Positions 33,768 through 44,450 of a stretch of 64,000 nt of DNA are shown in pieces. The position numbers and the translations under genes were made by a program. Below the pieces are notes generated by a model. It worked only from the letters and a program-made list of their open reading frames with translations, made no database searches and was not told the origin of the DNA. How positions within the stretch are numbered: position 1 is the first letter of the stretch; each line of letters starts with the position of its first letter. Origin of the DNA: Planctomycetota bacterium (GTDB lineage Bacteria; Planctomycetota; UBA1135; UBA2386); assembly GCA_046290465.1 (NCBI GenBank), contig JBKAGP010000001.1:352001-416000 (forward strand). The letters are read 5' to 3'.

Positions 33768-36700
33768 TCAGCGGCTCTGGGTGGTGGTGGGGTTGCTGCC
33801 GCGAGCGGGCAGCGTGATCGGGTCGGCGCGCAGCTCGATGGCGCGCGCGTCGACGTCGTCGTGGCCCTTCAGGCGCACGCCGTAGGTGCCGGGCGCGGCG
33901 AGGCGGCGCTCGACCCGGGCGTCCCAGCGGATCGCCTGCAGGCCGCGCACCTTGCGGCCGCGCGCGGTCCCGATCTGCTTGCCGGTTACGTCCTGGATGA
34001 TCAGCTCGGGCCGTTCGGCCGGTTCCTCGCGCAGCCACAGGTAGATGGTCGCGCCGTAGCCCGGGTTGTCGGCCCGGAACTCCTTCTGGCCCTGGAAGCC
34101 GCGGCTGCCCATCCGCCAGAGGTAGGCGGGCTGCACCTCGGCGAGCCACGCGCTCCGCTCGGTAGTGCGCTCGCTCAGCTGGCGCAGGCCTTCGATGTCG
34201 AGCACGAAGATGCCGCGACCGTGGGTCGCGGCGACCAGGTCGCTGTCGCGGTCCTGGATCACCAGTTCGCGGACCGACACGTTGGGCATGCCGTTGGCGA
34301 GGCGCAGCCAGTTGTAGCCGCGGTCGAGCGAGGCCCAGGTGCCGTGCTCGGTGCCGAGGAACAGCAGTTCTTCGTTGCGCGGGTCCTCGGCGAAGCTGTG
34401 GCAGACGGCCCGGCCGGGCAGCGTGTCGGCCATGCTGTAGAACGTCTCGCCGCGGTCGTCACTGACGAACACGTGGGTGCCGAAGTCGTCGCTACGGTGG
34501 CCGTCGAGCGTCACGTAGACGCGGTCGGCCTCGTGGTTGGACGGCACGATGTCGCTGACGTAGAGGCGCTGGTCGACCGGCAGGTTCTGGTCGATGCGTT
34601 GCCACTCGACGCCGCCGTCCTGGCTGCGCCAGAGCGCGCCGTCGTCGGTGCCGACGTAGAGCAGGCCGCGCTGCAGCGGGCTCTCGGCCAGCGCACAGGC
34701 GGTGCCGTCCTCGGTGTCGCCAAGGCGCGGCGAGACGCACTCCATCTGGATCGAGCGCGCGTTGGTCAGCGGGCCCTGGCCGGGCCGCGAACCGCGGTTG
34801 TCCAGGTGGCTGTGCCGGTCGCCGCGGTAGAGGTAGTTGCCGGCGTGGTAGACGACCAGGCGGTTGTGCGGCGACAGGATGAACGGCGCGTCCCAGTTGA
34901 ACCTCGCGCGGCCGCCGTCGGTCGGCCGGCCGCGCTGCATGCGCGCCTGCATGCCGGTGCGGGTGTCGATCAGGCCGGCGTTGCCGTTCTGGCTGGTGGC
35001 GTAGACGATGTGCGGCTCGATCGGGTCGGCCTGCGCGCCGAAGCCGTCGCCGCTCCAGATCTTGAAGCAGTCGTAGGTGGTGATCCCGTCGCGGTAGCGG
35101 GTCTGCGACGGCACCACCCAGGTGCCGTTGTCCTGCAGGCCGCCGATGACGTTGTAGGGCACGCTGTTGTCGGTCGCGCAGTCGTAGTACTGCGCCGCCG
35201 AGAAGCCCTTGTGCAGCTGCCAGCTGCGGCCCTGGTCCCAGGTCTCGTTGATGCCGCCGTCGCAGACGGCGATCACGTGTTCGCTGTCGTCCGGGTCGAC
35301 CCAGATGCCGTGGAAGTCGACGTGGATGCCGCGGTTGATGCCGGCGAACTCCTTGCCGCCGTCGGTCGAGCCCCACAGCGTGGTGCCGACGCAGTAGAGG
35401 TTGTCCGGGTTGCGCGGGTCGACGCGGATCACCGAGTAGTAGAACGGCCGCTCGGTCAGGCTGTTCAGGCGCGTCCAGGTCTCGCCGCGATCGTCGCTGC
35501 GGAACACGCCGCCGGTCTCGTGGCCGCGTTCGCCCTGGCGGCCCTGGCGGTTGGCCTCCTGGCCGAACAGGCGGCCCGAGTACGGACCGTTGGGCTTGCC
35601 GGCGGCGCGCGCGAGGTTGGTCTCGCGGGTGCCGAACGTCAGTTCGACCTCGCGGAGGTCGTCGCCGCGCGCGAACATCAGCTGGATCGTCTGGCCGCCG
35701 CGCGAGTCGCGGATGATCTCGATCAGGTCGGCGTAGGTCGCGACCGGCTCATCGTCGATCGCGGTGATGCGGTCGCCGACCTGCAGGCCGGCCTGCTCGG
35801 CCGCGCCCGCCTCGGTGACCGACACCAGGATCGCGCCGGCGCGGTCGCCCTCGCCGTCCTTGCCCTCGGTGCCGACGCCCATCACGGCGGTGCCGCGCGC
35901 GTTGCGGCGCTGGCGGGTGCCCTGGCGTTCGGCGCGCCCGGCGGGGGCGTCCTTCTGGTCGCCGCTGGCCCAGCCGCTGCGTTCGGTCTCGATGATCGCG
36001 AACATCGTGTCCGGGTTGCTCTGCAGCAGGTCGATGCCGCTGCGGCCCCACGTGCACGAGGGCAGGCCGTCGGTCAGCTGCCGCCAGTTCTCGCCGCCGT
36101 CGATGCTCTTGTAGAGGCCGGTGTGCTTGCCGAAGCGAACGATCGGGTCGTTGCCGTCGAAGCGGTCGCGCTTGCGCTCGTAGAGGCACGCGAACACCGT
36201 CATCGGGTCCCCCGGGTGCACGCGCACGTCGACGCAACCGGTCTTGTCGTCGAGGTACAGCACGCGCTCCCAGTGGGCGCCGCCGTCCTTGCTGCGGAAC
36301 ACGCCCCGCTCCTCGTTGTCGCCCCACAGCCGGCCGAGCGCCGCGACGTAGACGATGTCGGGGTTGGTCGGGTGCACCTCGATGTGGCCGATCTGGAACG
36401 TCTCGCGCAGGCCGACGTGGGTCCAGCTGTCGCCGCCGTCGGTCGACTTGTAGACGCCGTCGCCCCACTGCACCGAGTTGCGCGCCGCCTCCTCGCCGGT
36501 GCCGACGTAGATCACGTCGGGATCGCTGGGCGCGATCGCGACGTCGCCGATCGACACCGTGCCGAACTGGTTGAACACGCACTCCCAGGTGGTGCCGGCG
36601 TTCCTGGTGCGCCAGACGCCGCCGCCGGCGGTGCCGACGAACCAGGTCGACTGGCGCTCGTCGTGCACGGCGATGTCGGTCATGCGACCGCACGGGTTGG

Positions 36701-36830
36701 CCGGGCCGAGGTGGCGCCAGGCGAGGTGTTCGACCGTCGAGCTGTCGAAGATCGGCGGGTTGTCCTGCGCGGGCAGGAGCGAGACGACCGCCAGTGCGGC
36801 GGCGACGACAGAGGGGAGGGATCGCTGCAT
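33768..36830 (-). CDS. Secreted VPS10/BNR beta-propeller protein with inserted PDZ domain
   Basis: Same repeats as its neighbour plus AVMGV...GAAEQAGLQVGDRITAIDD. Confidence 0.9.
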   Translation of the reverse strand: MQRSLPSVVAAALAVVSLLPAQDNPPIFDSSTVEHLAWRHLGPANPCGRMTDIAVHDERQSTWFVGTAGGGVWRTRNAGTTWECVFNQFGTVSIGDVAIAPSDPDVIYVGTGEEAARNSVQWGDGVYKSTDGGDSWTHVGLRETFQIGHIEVHPTNPDIVYVAALGRLWGDNEERGVFRSKDGGAHWERVLYLDDKTGCVDVRVHPGDPMTVFACLYERKRDRFDGNDPIVRFGKHTGLYKSIDGGENWRQLTDGLPSCTWGRSGIDLLQSNPDTMFAIIETERSGWASGDQKDAPAGRAERQGTRQRRNARGTAVMGVGTEGKDGEGDRAGAILVSVTEAGAAEQAGLQVGDRITAIDDEPVATYADLIEIIRDSRGGQTIQLMFARGDDLREVELTFGTRETNLARAAGKPNGPYSGRLFGQEANRQGRQGERGHETGGVFRSDDRGETWTRLNSLTERPFYYSVIRVDPRNPDNLYCVGTTLWGSTDGGKEFAGINRGIHVDFHGIWVDPDDSEHVIAVCDGGINETWDQGRSWQLHKGFSAAQYYDCATDNSVPYNVIGGLQDNGTWVVPSQTRYRDGITTYDCFKIWSGDGFGAQADPIEPHIVYATSQNGNAGLIDTRTGMQARMQRGRPTDGGRARFNWDAPFILSPHNRLVVYHAGNYLYRGDRHSHLDNRGSRPGQGPLTNARSIQMECVSPRLGDTEDGTACALAESPLQRGLLYVGTDDGALWRSQDGGVEWQRIDQNLPVDQRLYVSDIVPSNHEADRVYVTLDGHRSDDFGTHVFVSDDRGETFYSMADTLPGRAVCHSFAEDPRNEELLFLGTEHGTWASLDRGYNWLRLANGMPNVSVRELVIQDRDSDLVAATHGRGIFVLDIEGLRQLSERTTERSAWLAEVQPAYLWRMGSRGFQGQKEFRADNPGYGATIYLWLREEPAERPELIIQDVTGKQIGTARGRKVRGLQAIRWDARVERRLAAPGTYGVRLKGHDDVDARAIELRADPITLPARGSNPTTTQSR

Positions 36831-36946
36831 GGTCGTCGAAGGGCGACTACGTCAGCAGCTTACGGAACGTGCGTCCGCGCGGATGGCTCCGCCGTCGGAT
36901 CGGTTGTCACGAAGTCGTAGCTCTGGCCCGGGTTGCGGCGCGACGC

Positions 36947-39352
36947 TCAGCGCGGTGCGGTGCGCAGCGTCAGCTCGGTCGTGCCGTTCGGCGCGTAGCG
37001 CACGGTCTGGCGCGCCTGGTGGCCGCCGTCGGTGCCGACCACGACCTCGTAGCTGCCCGCGACCATCCAGGTCTCGAACGTCGCGACGCCGTCGCCGCCG
37101 CCGCCGCGCGCGATCGTGCCGGTCGCCATCCAGCGCACGTCGTCGGCCGCGCGCAGCGCCAGCGTCGCGCGCCGGCCGCCGCCGCGCGGCACCTGCACCA
37201 GGATGCGGCGGTAGATGCCCTGGTGCACCTCGAGGTCGAGCGGCAGGTCGACGCCGGCCTCGATGGTGACCGGCAGCGACGCGCCGGCGATGCCGTTGCC
37301 GCGCACCAGCAGCGTGTGCGTGCCGGGCGCGACGCCGGTGAAGCGGTAGCCGCCGCCGTCGTAGCTGGCCTGCAGTTCGCGGCCGGTGCCCGGCTGCACC
37401 AGCGCCAGCGTGCAGTCGGGCGGAGCGGTGCCGCCCGGGCCGACGACGTTGCCGTAGAGGCCGCCGCCGAGCGCCAGCTGCACGGTGCCGAGGTCGATCG
37501 GCAGGCCGCGCACGGTCTCGAGCGCCCCGGTGACGTGGGCGACGTGGCCCGGATGTTCGATGGTCAGGTCGATGGTGCCGACCGGCGCGCGCGCGATCCG
37601 GAACCGGCCGTCGCTGTCGGCGGTGTAGCGCGCGTACTCACGACGTTCGTAGTGCCAGCAGCCGATCGTCGCCGGCACGCCGGTGGCGGTCGCGTCGAGC
37701 ACGCGCCCGTGCACGCTGGTGTGGCCGTCGGCGTCAACGACCAGCCGGACCGGCCGGTCGACGCGCTGGTCGCGCAGCATCGCGTCGGCGAACGACGTCA
37801 CCTCGCGACCCGGGTCGAACGCGCGCACGTCGAGGCCCTCGCGCAGCGTCACCGGCACCTCGAAGCGTCCCGCCTCGTCGGTGAAGCGCGACACCGGGTC
37901 GTGCCCCTGCTGCCGCACGACCACGCGCCAGCCCGGCAACGGCCGCTGCTGCTGGTCGACGACCACGCCGCTGAGGTCGCGGTCGCCGTCGGCCGCGGCC
38001 AGCTGCACGTCCCAGGTCGCGGCCTCACCGACCCGCAGCGTGCGGCGGCTGCGCGCGCTGCCGAGGTCGTGACGGACGCGCACCGGCAGCGGGCCGGCGC
38101 CGAGATCGTGCAGCAGGTAGCGGCCGTCGGCGTCGGTGCGGGCAGCGGCGAAGGCGAGGCTGCCCCGGCTGCCGGCCGTGACCAGCGCGTCCGCGACCGC
38201 GTCGTCGGTCCCTGCGACGGTGATGCGTCCGGTCAGCGATGCGGCGACCGGTAGCTGGATCCGCAGTTCGTGCACGCGGCCACCGTCGAGTTCGTCGGTG
38301 CCGGTCTGCCAGCCGTGGCCGCGGGCGCGCGCGGCCCAGTGCACGGTGCCGCTGGCGAGCCGGTCGATGCGGAAGCGGCCGCCGTCGTCGCAGCGGGTGC
38401 GGCGCGGCGGGCCGGCGAGTTCGGCGCCGGTCGGAGCACGCTGGGAACTGCGTGCCTCGACCTGCGCGAACGGCACCGGCTGGCCCTGGTCGTCGACGAC
38501 CACGCCCTGCAGTGGCGCGGCCATCGACGCGAGCAGCAGTTCGAAGCTCTGCACCGGCAGGTCGGTCCCGGTCGCCTTGCGCGGCGGCCGCACCAGGTAC
38601 ATCGGCGAGTCGCCATGGTCGCGGTGGCTGGCGCCGATCCGGCCGCCGGCGAACAGCGCGATCTCGAAGCGGCCGCGCGCGTCGGCCCGGCCGATGCGCC
38701 ACAGCCGACCCGGGTCGCGCTCGTCGTGGGACCAGTGCAGCAGCAGCAGGTCGGCGAACGGCACCGCGACGCTGCCGGTCTGCACGACGCTGCCGGCGGC
38801 GACCAGGCGGGCCGGGACCAGCAGCTCGAGGCGCTGCCGCGGCTCGTCGGTGATGGTGGTGCTGCCCGCCCCGCCGAGTCCCGAGCGCAGCTGCACGCGG
38901 CGGCCGACGGCGCCGGCGAGGCGGAACGTCACCTCTCCGGCCGCGTCGGTGCGGCCCGTCGCGCGCACCTCGTCGTCGGCCTCGCTCGTCGCCGGCAGGT
39001 GCAGCGCGACGTCGCAGAACGGCGCGAGTCGCTGCTGTTGCTGGCCGGCCTGCACCCGCAACACGACGTCGAGCACGACCTCGGGGGCCGCCTCGCCGGC
39101 GTCGACGGCGACGCGCACCACGTCGCGTTCGGCGTCGGTCGGCGCAAGCGCGCCGGTGCGCGCACCGGCAGCGGCGCGATCATCGGCAGCGGCGCGATCA
39201 CCTGTAGCCGAGCGGTCCCCGGCTGCCGTGTCGGTCGGCAGGTTGCCTGGCTCGGGCGCCTTGGCCTGCGCGTCGGACGTCGCCCAGACCACCGCCGCGA
39301 TCAAGACGGCGATGGCAACGGCGGACAGGGCGATGCGGCGGGGGTTCGGCAC
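36947..39352 (-). CDS. Membrane-anchored protein with multiple carboxypeptidase-regulatory-like domains
   Basis: N-terminal TM; repeated GVVVD..G.PV and TD..GRF modules. Confidence 0.85.
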   Translation of the reverse strand: MPNPRRIALSAVAIAVLIAAVVWATSDAQAKAPEPGNLPTDTAAGDRSATGDRAAADDRAAAGARTGALAPTDAERDVVRVAVDAGEAAPEVVLDVVLRVQAGQQQQRLAPFCDVALHLPATSEADDEVRATGRTDAAGEVTFRLAGAVGRRVQLRSGLGGAGSTTITDEPRQRLELLVPARLVAAGSVVQTGSVAVPFADLLLLHWSHDERDPGRLWRIGRADARGRFEIALFAGGRIGASHRDHGDSPMYLVRPPRKATGTDLPVQSFELLLASMAAPLQGVVVDDQGQPVPFAQVEARSSQRAPTGAELAGPPRRTRCDDGGRFRIDRLASGTVHWAARARGHGWQTGTDELDGGRVHELRIQLPVAASLTGRITVAGTDDAVADALVTAGSRGSLAFAAARTDADGRYLLHDLGAGPLPVRVRHDLGSARSRRTLRVGEAATWDVQLAAADGDRDLSGVVVDQQQRPLPGWRVVVRQQGHDPVSRFTDEAGRFEVPVTLREGLDVRAFDPGREVTSFADAMLRDQRVDRPVRLVVDADGHTSVHGRVLDATATGVPATIGCWHYERREYARYTADSDGRFRIARAPVGTIDLTIEHPGHVAHVTGALETVRGLPIDLGTVQLALGGGLYGNVVGPGGTAPPDCTLALVQPGTGRELQASYDGGGYRFTGVAPGTHTLLVRGNGIAGASLPVTIEAGVDLPLDLEVHQGIYRRILVQVPRGGGRRATLALRAADDVRWMATGTIARGGGGDGVATFETWMVAGSYEVVVGTDGGHQARQTVRYAPNGTTELTLRTAPR

Positions 39353-39425
39353 GTGATCACTCTACGCCGGCGACGGGGCGGGCGGCTTTTCGTTCCTGGA
39401 ATGGCGGCACCGTCCGCGCGCGCGT

Positions 39426-42400
39426 TCAGATCCGCACCTTGTCGTTCCACAGCTGCAGGAAGCGCTGCTTGAGCGTGCGCTGCGGGAACCGTTCGCTGAT
39501 CGAGCGCACCAGCGAACGCGCCGAGGCCGGCCGATCCAGCCATGCCAACGCGCGCAGGTGCACGGCGAGCGGCAGGTCGGCGTTGTCGAGCAGCGCGTCG
39601 AGCCGCGCCTCGGTGTCGGGGTGCGCGCGGTCGCTGCCGGCCATCGCCAGCAGCAGGTTGGCGTGCAGTTCGGGCAGGTCGAGTTCGTCGATCAGTGCCG
39701 GCAGGCCGTCGTCGGTCGCGCCGAGGCGCAGCAGCTGGCAGCGCGCCGACGCCTCGCCGACGCGGTCGCCGGCGGCGCGCGCCATCGCCAGCGCCTCGTC
39801 GAAGCGCTGCCGCGACTCGTCGTCGCGGCCGCGGAAGAACTGCCGTTCGCCGCGGAACAGCGCCGCGCGCGCCGCGTAGACCGGCAGCGCCAGCTGGCTG
39901 GCCTCCTCGAACGCGAGCCGCAGATCCTGGCCGGCCTCGGGGTCGCCGAGCACCGCGCGCAGCTGGCCGCGGTAGAGGTGGAAGCGCAGCCGCGCGCGCG
40001 GCAGGTGCCGCACCGGGTGCGCCTTCTCGATCGCGTGCAGCGTGCGCAGCGCGGTCGCGAAGCGGCGGGCGAGGCCCTCGGCGCGCGCCAGGTCGATCCA
40101 CAGGTGGCAGCGCAGGTCGTCCTCCTCGGGCGGCACCCGCTTCTTGGCGGCCAGCAGGTGCTTCATGCAGTCGGCGGCCTGGCCGAGGTAGAGCAGGATG
40201 CGGCCGTGCAGGGCGTGGGCCTGTGCCGCCAGCGCGTCGGTGGCCGGCCCGGTCGCGGTGTGCTCGTCGTCGAGGTCGTCGTGCACGGTCTCGAGCAGCG
40301 TGATCGCCGACAGCATGCGGCCGTGGTCGAGCGCGTCGGTGGCCAGGCCGATGCGGGCGGCGGCCGACGCGTCGAGGTCGTGCAGCTGGCGGGCCAGCTT
40401 CTCGGCGTCGCGGAACGTGCGCGCCGCGGTCTGCGACTGGTCGGCGTTCTGCTGCGCCTGCGCGCTCAGCACCAGGAAGCGCAGCCGCAGCCGTTCGATC
40501 CGGTCGGTCGTGGCGACGTGACGGAAGTGCACCGCCAGCCGGCCGACCAGGCGCAGCGCGGTGCGACGCGAGCCGGCGCGCACGCGGTTGTCGAGTGCTT
40601 CGAGCAGCGGCAGCAGGCAGCCCTCGTGGTCGAGCGCCTGCGAACGGTGCATGCCGACCACCAGCGGCGAGGCGCCGCGCGCTTCGAGCACCTGCGCGGC
40701 CGCGGCGTGCAGCCGCTGCTGCTCCTCGTTGGGCAGCGACCGCAGCAAGGCCTGGCGGAAGTCGCGGTGGCGGAACGACACCTCGCCGCCCTGCGAACGC
40801 ACGATGCGGCCGCGGAACAGCGACAGCGTCTCGAGCACCGCCAGCTCGGGCTGCAGGATCAGCGCCGCCAGCTCGGCGAGCGAGCAGCGGTCGCCGAGCA
40901 CGGCGGCGGCCGACAGCACCGCGCGGTGGGCCGGCAGCAGCGACTGCACGCGTTCGCGGAAGCGCTGCACGTGGCGGGGAGCCGGCGCTGGTTCGACGTC
41001 CCGGCCGAGGCCGTGGTAGTCGCCGACGCGACCCTGCAGGTCGCCCTGGTCGACCAGGTGTTCGAGCGCTTCGAGCAGGCTGCCCGGCAGGCCGCTGAGG
41101 ATCTGGTGCGCGCCGCGCAGGTAGTCGTCGACGCCCTGCTCGATCGGGGTGCGGAACAGCGAGCGGCCGAACTGCAGGAACGAACGTTCGTCGAGGCCCT
41201 GCAGCTCGAGCCGCTGCTCGGCGTCGACCAGCGTGGTGTCGGGGCCGGCCGCGAGCAGCACCAGCAACCAGGTCGACGGCGCCGCGGCGGCGAGCTGCTG
41301 CAGCACCAGGGTGCCGCTGGTGTCGAGGTCGTCGGCGTGGTCGACGCGCACGACCAGCGGCTGGCCCTTCTTGGGCAGCGCCAGGAACGCGTTGGCCAGC
41401 CGGTTGGCGCGCACCTCAGACGGTTCGGTGCTGTCGCCGAAAGCCACCGCGACCAGCGCTTCGGCGTCCGGCTCGTTGAGCGCGAACCGCTGCCGCGCGC
41501 GGTCGACGGCGCGCGGCCGGGCGTTGGGCGTGTGGCGGTCGTCGCCGCGCAGCAGCAGGTCGAGCAGCGTGCTGGCGAACGGCTCGCCGTGGCCGAAGCC
41601 GCTGTCGGCGTCGCCGCCGAGGTAGCGCGGCGGCTGGTCGCCGTCGAGCCAGCGCTCCATCGCCTCGTCGAGCAGCCGGCGGCGGCCGGTGCTCTCCGGC
41701 GCGACCACCGCCAGCACCGCGCCGCGGCCGCTGCGCGCCGCCGCGAACGCGTGGTCGAGCTGGGCCGACTCGAGCTTGCGGTCGACGAACGGCGCCTCCG
41801 CCGGCCGCCGCATGCGCATCAGCCGCCGGCTGCTGGCCAGCACCGGGGCGTCGGCCTCGTGCCGTTGCCAGTAGTCCGAACGTTCGCCCTGCTCGAGCAC
41901 CCGCGCCAGTTCCGACGCCGACCGCGGCCGGTCGTCGGGCGCCTTCTGCAGCAGGTCGAGCAGCACCTGTTCGAGCAGCGGCGAGATCCGCGGGCGCAGG
42001 TGCGAGGGCAGCGGCGGCAGCCGGTACAGATGCGCGTGCATCATCTCGTCCGGCGTGGTCGCGTCGGCGAACGGGTGCTGGCCGGTGGTGACCTCGTAGA
42101 GCACCACGCCGAGCGCGTAGAGGTCGCTGCGCGGGCCGGCGGGCGCGCCGCGCAGCGACTCCGGCGACGCGTAGGCGACGCTGCCGGCGAGCCCGAAGCC
42201 GGACGACGACGCCGAGCTGTGGCCCGGCGACGAGCCGCCGCCCTCGGCGCCGAACGGCCGCACCAGGCCGAGGTCGACGATCTTGAGTTCGCTGCCCGGC
42301 GTCAGGATCAGGTTCTCCGGCTTGACGTCGCGATGCACCAGGCCGCGCCGGTGCAGCGCGAACAGCCCGCGCGCCGCGTCGGCGCCGAGCCGGCGGGTCA

Positions 42401-42848
42401 GGTCCTCGAGCGCCGCGCCGTTGCGCTGCAGCAGCTCGCGCAGGGTCGTGCCCTGCACGTACTGCATGACCAGATAGGTGGTCGCCACGCCGAGCATCTC
42501 GACCGTCTCGACGCCGTGGATCTCGGCGACGTTGGGGTGCCGGATCGACATGCCCAGCTCGCCCTCGGCGAACAGCCGTTCTTGCGCCTTGCGATCGGCG
42601 AGCAGCTCCGGCCGCAGGAACTTGACGGCGACCGGCATGCCGGCGTCGAGCTCGCGATACGGCCGCGTCAGCACCGCTTCGTAGACGGTGCCCGACGAGC
42701 CGCTGCCGATCTCGCGCAGCAGCTCGAACGGGCCGTCGACCGGCCGCGGCAGCAGCGTCGACGGGTCTGGCTGGGCCGCATCCGGGTGGGCCCTGTGCGG
42801 GTGCGCCGCGTCCGCGTCGTCGTCAGTGCTGTCGGGCCCGTCCGCCAC
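39426..42848 (-). CDS. Ser/Thr protein kinase fused to a degenerate AAA/STAND-like NTPase and TPR-like helices
   Basis: IGSGSSGTVY, VAVK, HRDVKPEN, DLG, YASPE, DLYALG; then PFVDR...APESTGRRRL. Start GTG 42848. Confidence 0.9.
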   Translation of the reverse strand: MADGPDSTDDDADAAHPHRAHPDAAQPDPSTLLPRPVDGPFELLREIGSGSSGTVYEAVLTRPYRELDAGMPVAVKFLRPELLADRKAQERLFAEGELGMSIRHPNVAEIHGVETVEMLGVATTYLVMQYVQGTTLRELLQRNGAALEDLTRRLGADAARGLFALHRRGLVHRDVKPENLILTPGSELKIVDLGLVRPFGAEGGGSSPGHSSASSSGFGLAGSVAYASPESLRGAPAGPRSDLYALGVVLYEVTTGQHPFADATTPDEMMHAHLYRLPPLPSHLRPRISPLLEQVLLDLLQKAPDDRPRSASELARVLEQGERSDYWQRHEADAPVLASSRRLMRMRRPAEAPFVDRKLESAQLDHAFAAARSGRGAVLAVVAPESTGRRRLLDEAMERWLDGDQPPRYLGGDADSGFGHGEPFASTLLDLLLRGDDRHTPNARPRAVDRARQRFALNEPDAEALVAVAFGDSTEPSEVRANRLANAFLALPKKGQPLVVRVDHADDLDTSGTLVLQQLAAAAPSTWLLVLLAAGPDTTLVDAEQRLELQGLDERSFLQFGRSLFRTPIEQGVDDYLRGAHQILSGLPGSLLEALEHLVDQGDLQGRVGDYHGLGRDVEPAPAPRHVQRFRERVQSLLPAHRAVLSAAAVLGDRCSLAELAALILQPELAVLETLSLFRGRIVRSQGGEVSFRHRDFRQALLRSLPNEEQQRLHAAAAQVLEARGASPLVVGMHRSQALDHEGCLLPLLEALDNRVRAGSRRTALRLVGRLAVHFRHVATTDRIERLRLRFLVLSAQAQQNADQSQTAARTFRDAEKLARQLHDLDASAAARIGLATDALDHGRMLSAITLLETVHDDLDDEHTATGPATDALAAQAHALHGRILLYLGQAADCMKHLLAAKKRVPPEEDDLRCHLWIDLARAEGLARRFATALRTLHAIEKAHPVRHLPRARLRFHLYRGQLRAVLGDPEAGQDLRLAFEEASQLALPVYAARAALFRGERQFFRGRDDESRQRFDEALAMARAAGDRVGEASARCQLLRLGATDDGLPALIDELDLPELHANLLLAMAGSDRAHPDTEARLDALLDNADLPLAVHLRALAWLDRPASARSLVRSISERFPQRTLKQRFLQLWNDKVRI

Positions 42849-42910
42849 GGGTCTCTTGTAGCGGCGTGGTTGCACCCGATCGAGGCCTCTGCGACTCTTC
42901 CGGTCCACCC

Positions 42911-44350
42911 ATGGCGATCCGTCTGCACAACTCGCTCACCCGTCAGCTCGAAGACCTCAAGCCGCTCGTCGACGGCAAGGTGACGATGTACCACTGTGGA
43001 CCGACCGTCTACAGTTCGCCGCACATCGGCAACTTCCGCAGCTTCCTGTTCGCCGACGTGCTGCGGCGCTTCGTCGAGGACCAGGGCTACGAGGTGACGC
43101 AGGTGATGAACATCACCGACGTCGGCCACCTGACGCTCGACGACATCGAGGGCGGCGAGGACAAGATGGAGGCCGAGTCCAAGCGCACCGGCCGCACCGC
43201 GTGGGACATCGCGCAGCAGTACATCGACGAGTTCTCGGAGTGCCAGCGAGCGCTGCGGGTTCGCCTGCCGCACCACATGCCGCGCGCCACCGACTTCATC
43301 GCGCAGATGGGCGACATCATCGGCGACCTGCTGCAGAAGGGCATCGCCTACCAGGTCGACGGCAACGTCTACTTCGAGGTCGGCAAGTTCCCCGAGTACG
43401 GCAAGCTCAGCGGCAAGAACATCGACGAGCTGGAGTCCGGCGCGCGCGTCGCCGTCAACACCGAGAAGAAGGACCCGCGTGACTTCGCGCTGTGGAAGGT
43501 CGACGACCAGCACCAGATGCAGTGGGACGGGCCGTTCGACGGGGGTCAGCGCGGCTTCCCGGGCTGGCACATCGAGTGCTCGGCGATGTCGATGCACTAC
43601 CTCGGCAAGCAGATCGACATCCACACCGGCGGCGAGGACAACGTGTTTCCGCACCACGAGTGCGAGATCGCGCAGACCGAGGCGCACACCGGCGAGCGCT
43701 TCGTCGGCATCTGGATGCACGCGCGGCACCTGCTGGTCGACGACACCAAGATGTCGAAGAGCCTCGGCAACTTCTACACCGTCAGCGAGATCCTGCAGAA
43801 GGGCTACAGCGGCCTCGAGCTGCGCTACGCGCTGATCCGCGTGCAGTACCGCCAGTCGCTGAACTTCACGCTGAAGGGACTCGACGAGGCGCGCGCCGCG
43901 ATCGGCCGCATCAACGAGGCCCGCAAGAAGCTGGTGCGGGTGCGCGACGGCGCCGACCGGGCCGGCGGCGACGACCTCGCGGCGGCGGTGCAGACGGCCA
44001 ACGACGCGTTCACGGCGGCGATGTGCGACGACCTCAACGTGTCCGAGGCGCTGGCGGCGGTGTTCGAGTTCGTCAGCGCGGTCAACCGGGCGGCCCCGAC
44101 GGCCGCGTCGGCGGCGGCGGCGCTGCAGGCGTTCGCGCGCTTCGAGGACGTGCTCGGCGTGTTCGGCGACGAGCCACCGGCCGACGCCACCGGCGACGCG
44201 CCGCCGGAACTGGTGGCGCTGCTCGACGAGCGCAAGCAGGCCAAGGCCGACAAGGACTGGGCGCGCGCCGACGAGATCCGCGACCGGATCCAGGCGGCCG
44301 GCTGGAAGATCGTCGACACGCCGGCAGGCGCGCGGCTCGAGAAGGCCTGA
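42911..44350 (+). CDS. cysS: Cysteine--tRNA ligase
   Basis: [28 protein letters not shown]. Confidence 0.98.
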   Translation: MAIRLHNSLTRQLEDLKPLVDGKVTMYHCGPTVYSSPHIGNFRSFLFADVLRRFVEDQGYEVTQVMNITDVGHLTLDDIEGGEDKMEAESKRTGRTAWDIAQQYIDEFSECQRALRVRLPHHMPRATDFIAQMGDIIGDLLQKGIAYQVDGNVYFEVGKFPEYGKLSGKNIDELESGARVAVNTEKKDPRDFALWKVDDQHQMQWDGPFDGGQRGFPGWHIECSAMSMHYLGKQIDIHTGGEDNVFPHHECEIAQTEAHTGERFVGIWMHARHLLVDDTKMSKSLGNFYTVSEILQKGYSGLELRYALIRVQYRQSLNFTLKGLDEARAAIGRINEARKKLVRVRDGADRAGGDDLAAAVQTANDAFTAAMCDDLNVSEALAAVFEFVSAVNRAAPTAASAAAALQAFARFEDVLGVFGDEPPADATGDAPPELVALLDERKQAKADKDWARADEIRDRIQAAGWKIVDTPAGARLEKA

Positions 44351-44450
44351 GCGCGTGCCGGCGGGCCGGGATGGCACCATGCCCCTCGGTCGTCGTAGCA
44401 TGCGGCGACCGCATCCCGTCCCGGACGGTCGACGAACCCGACCTACGTAC

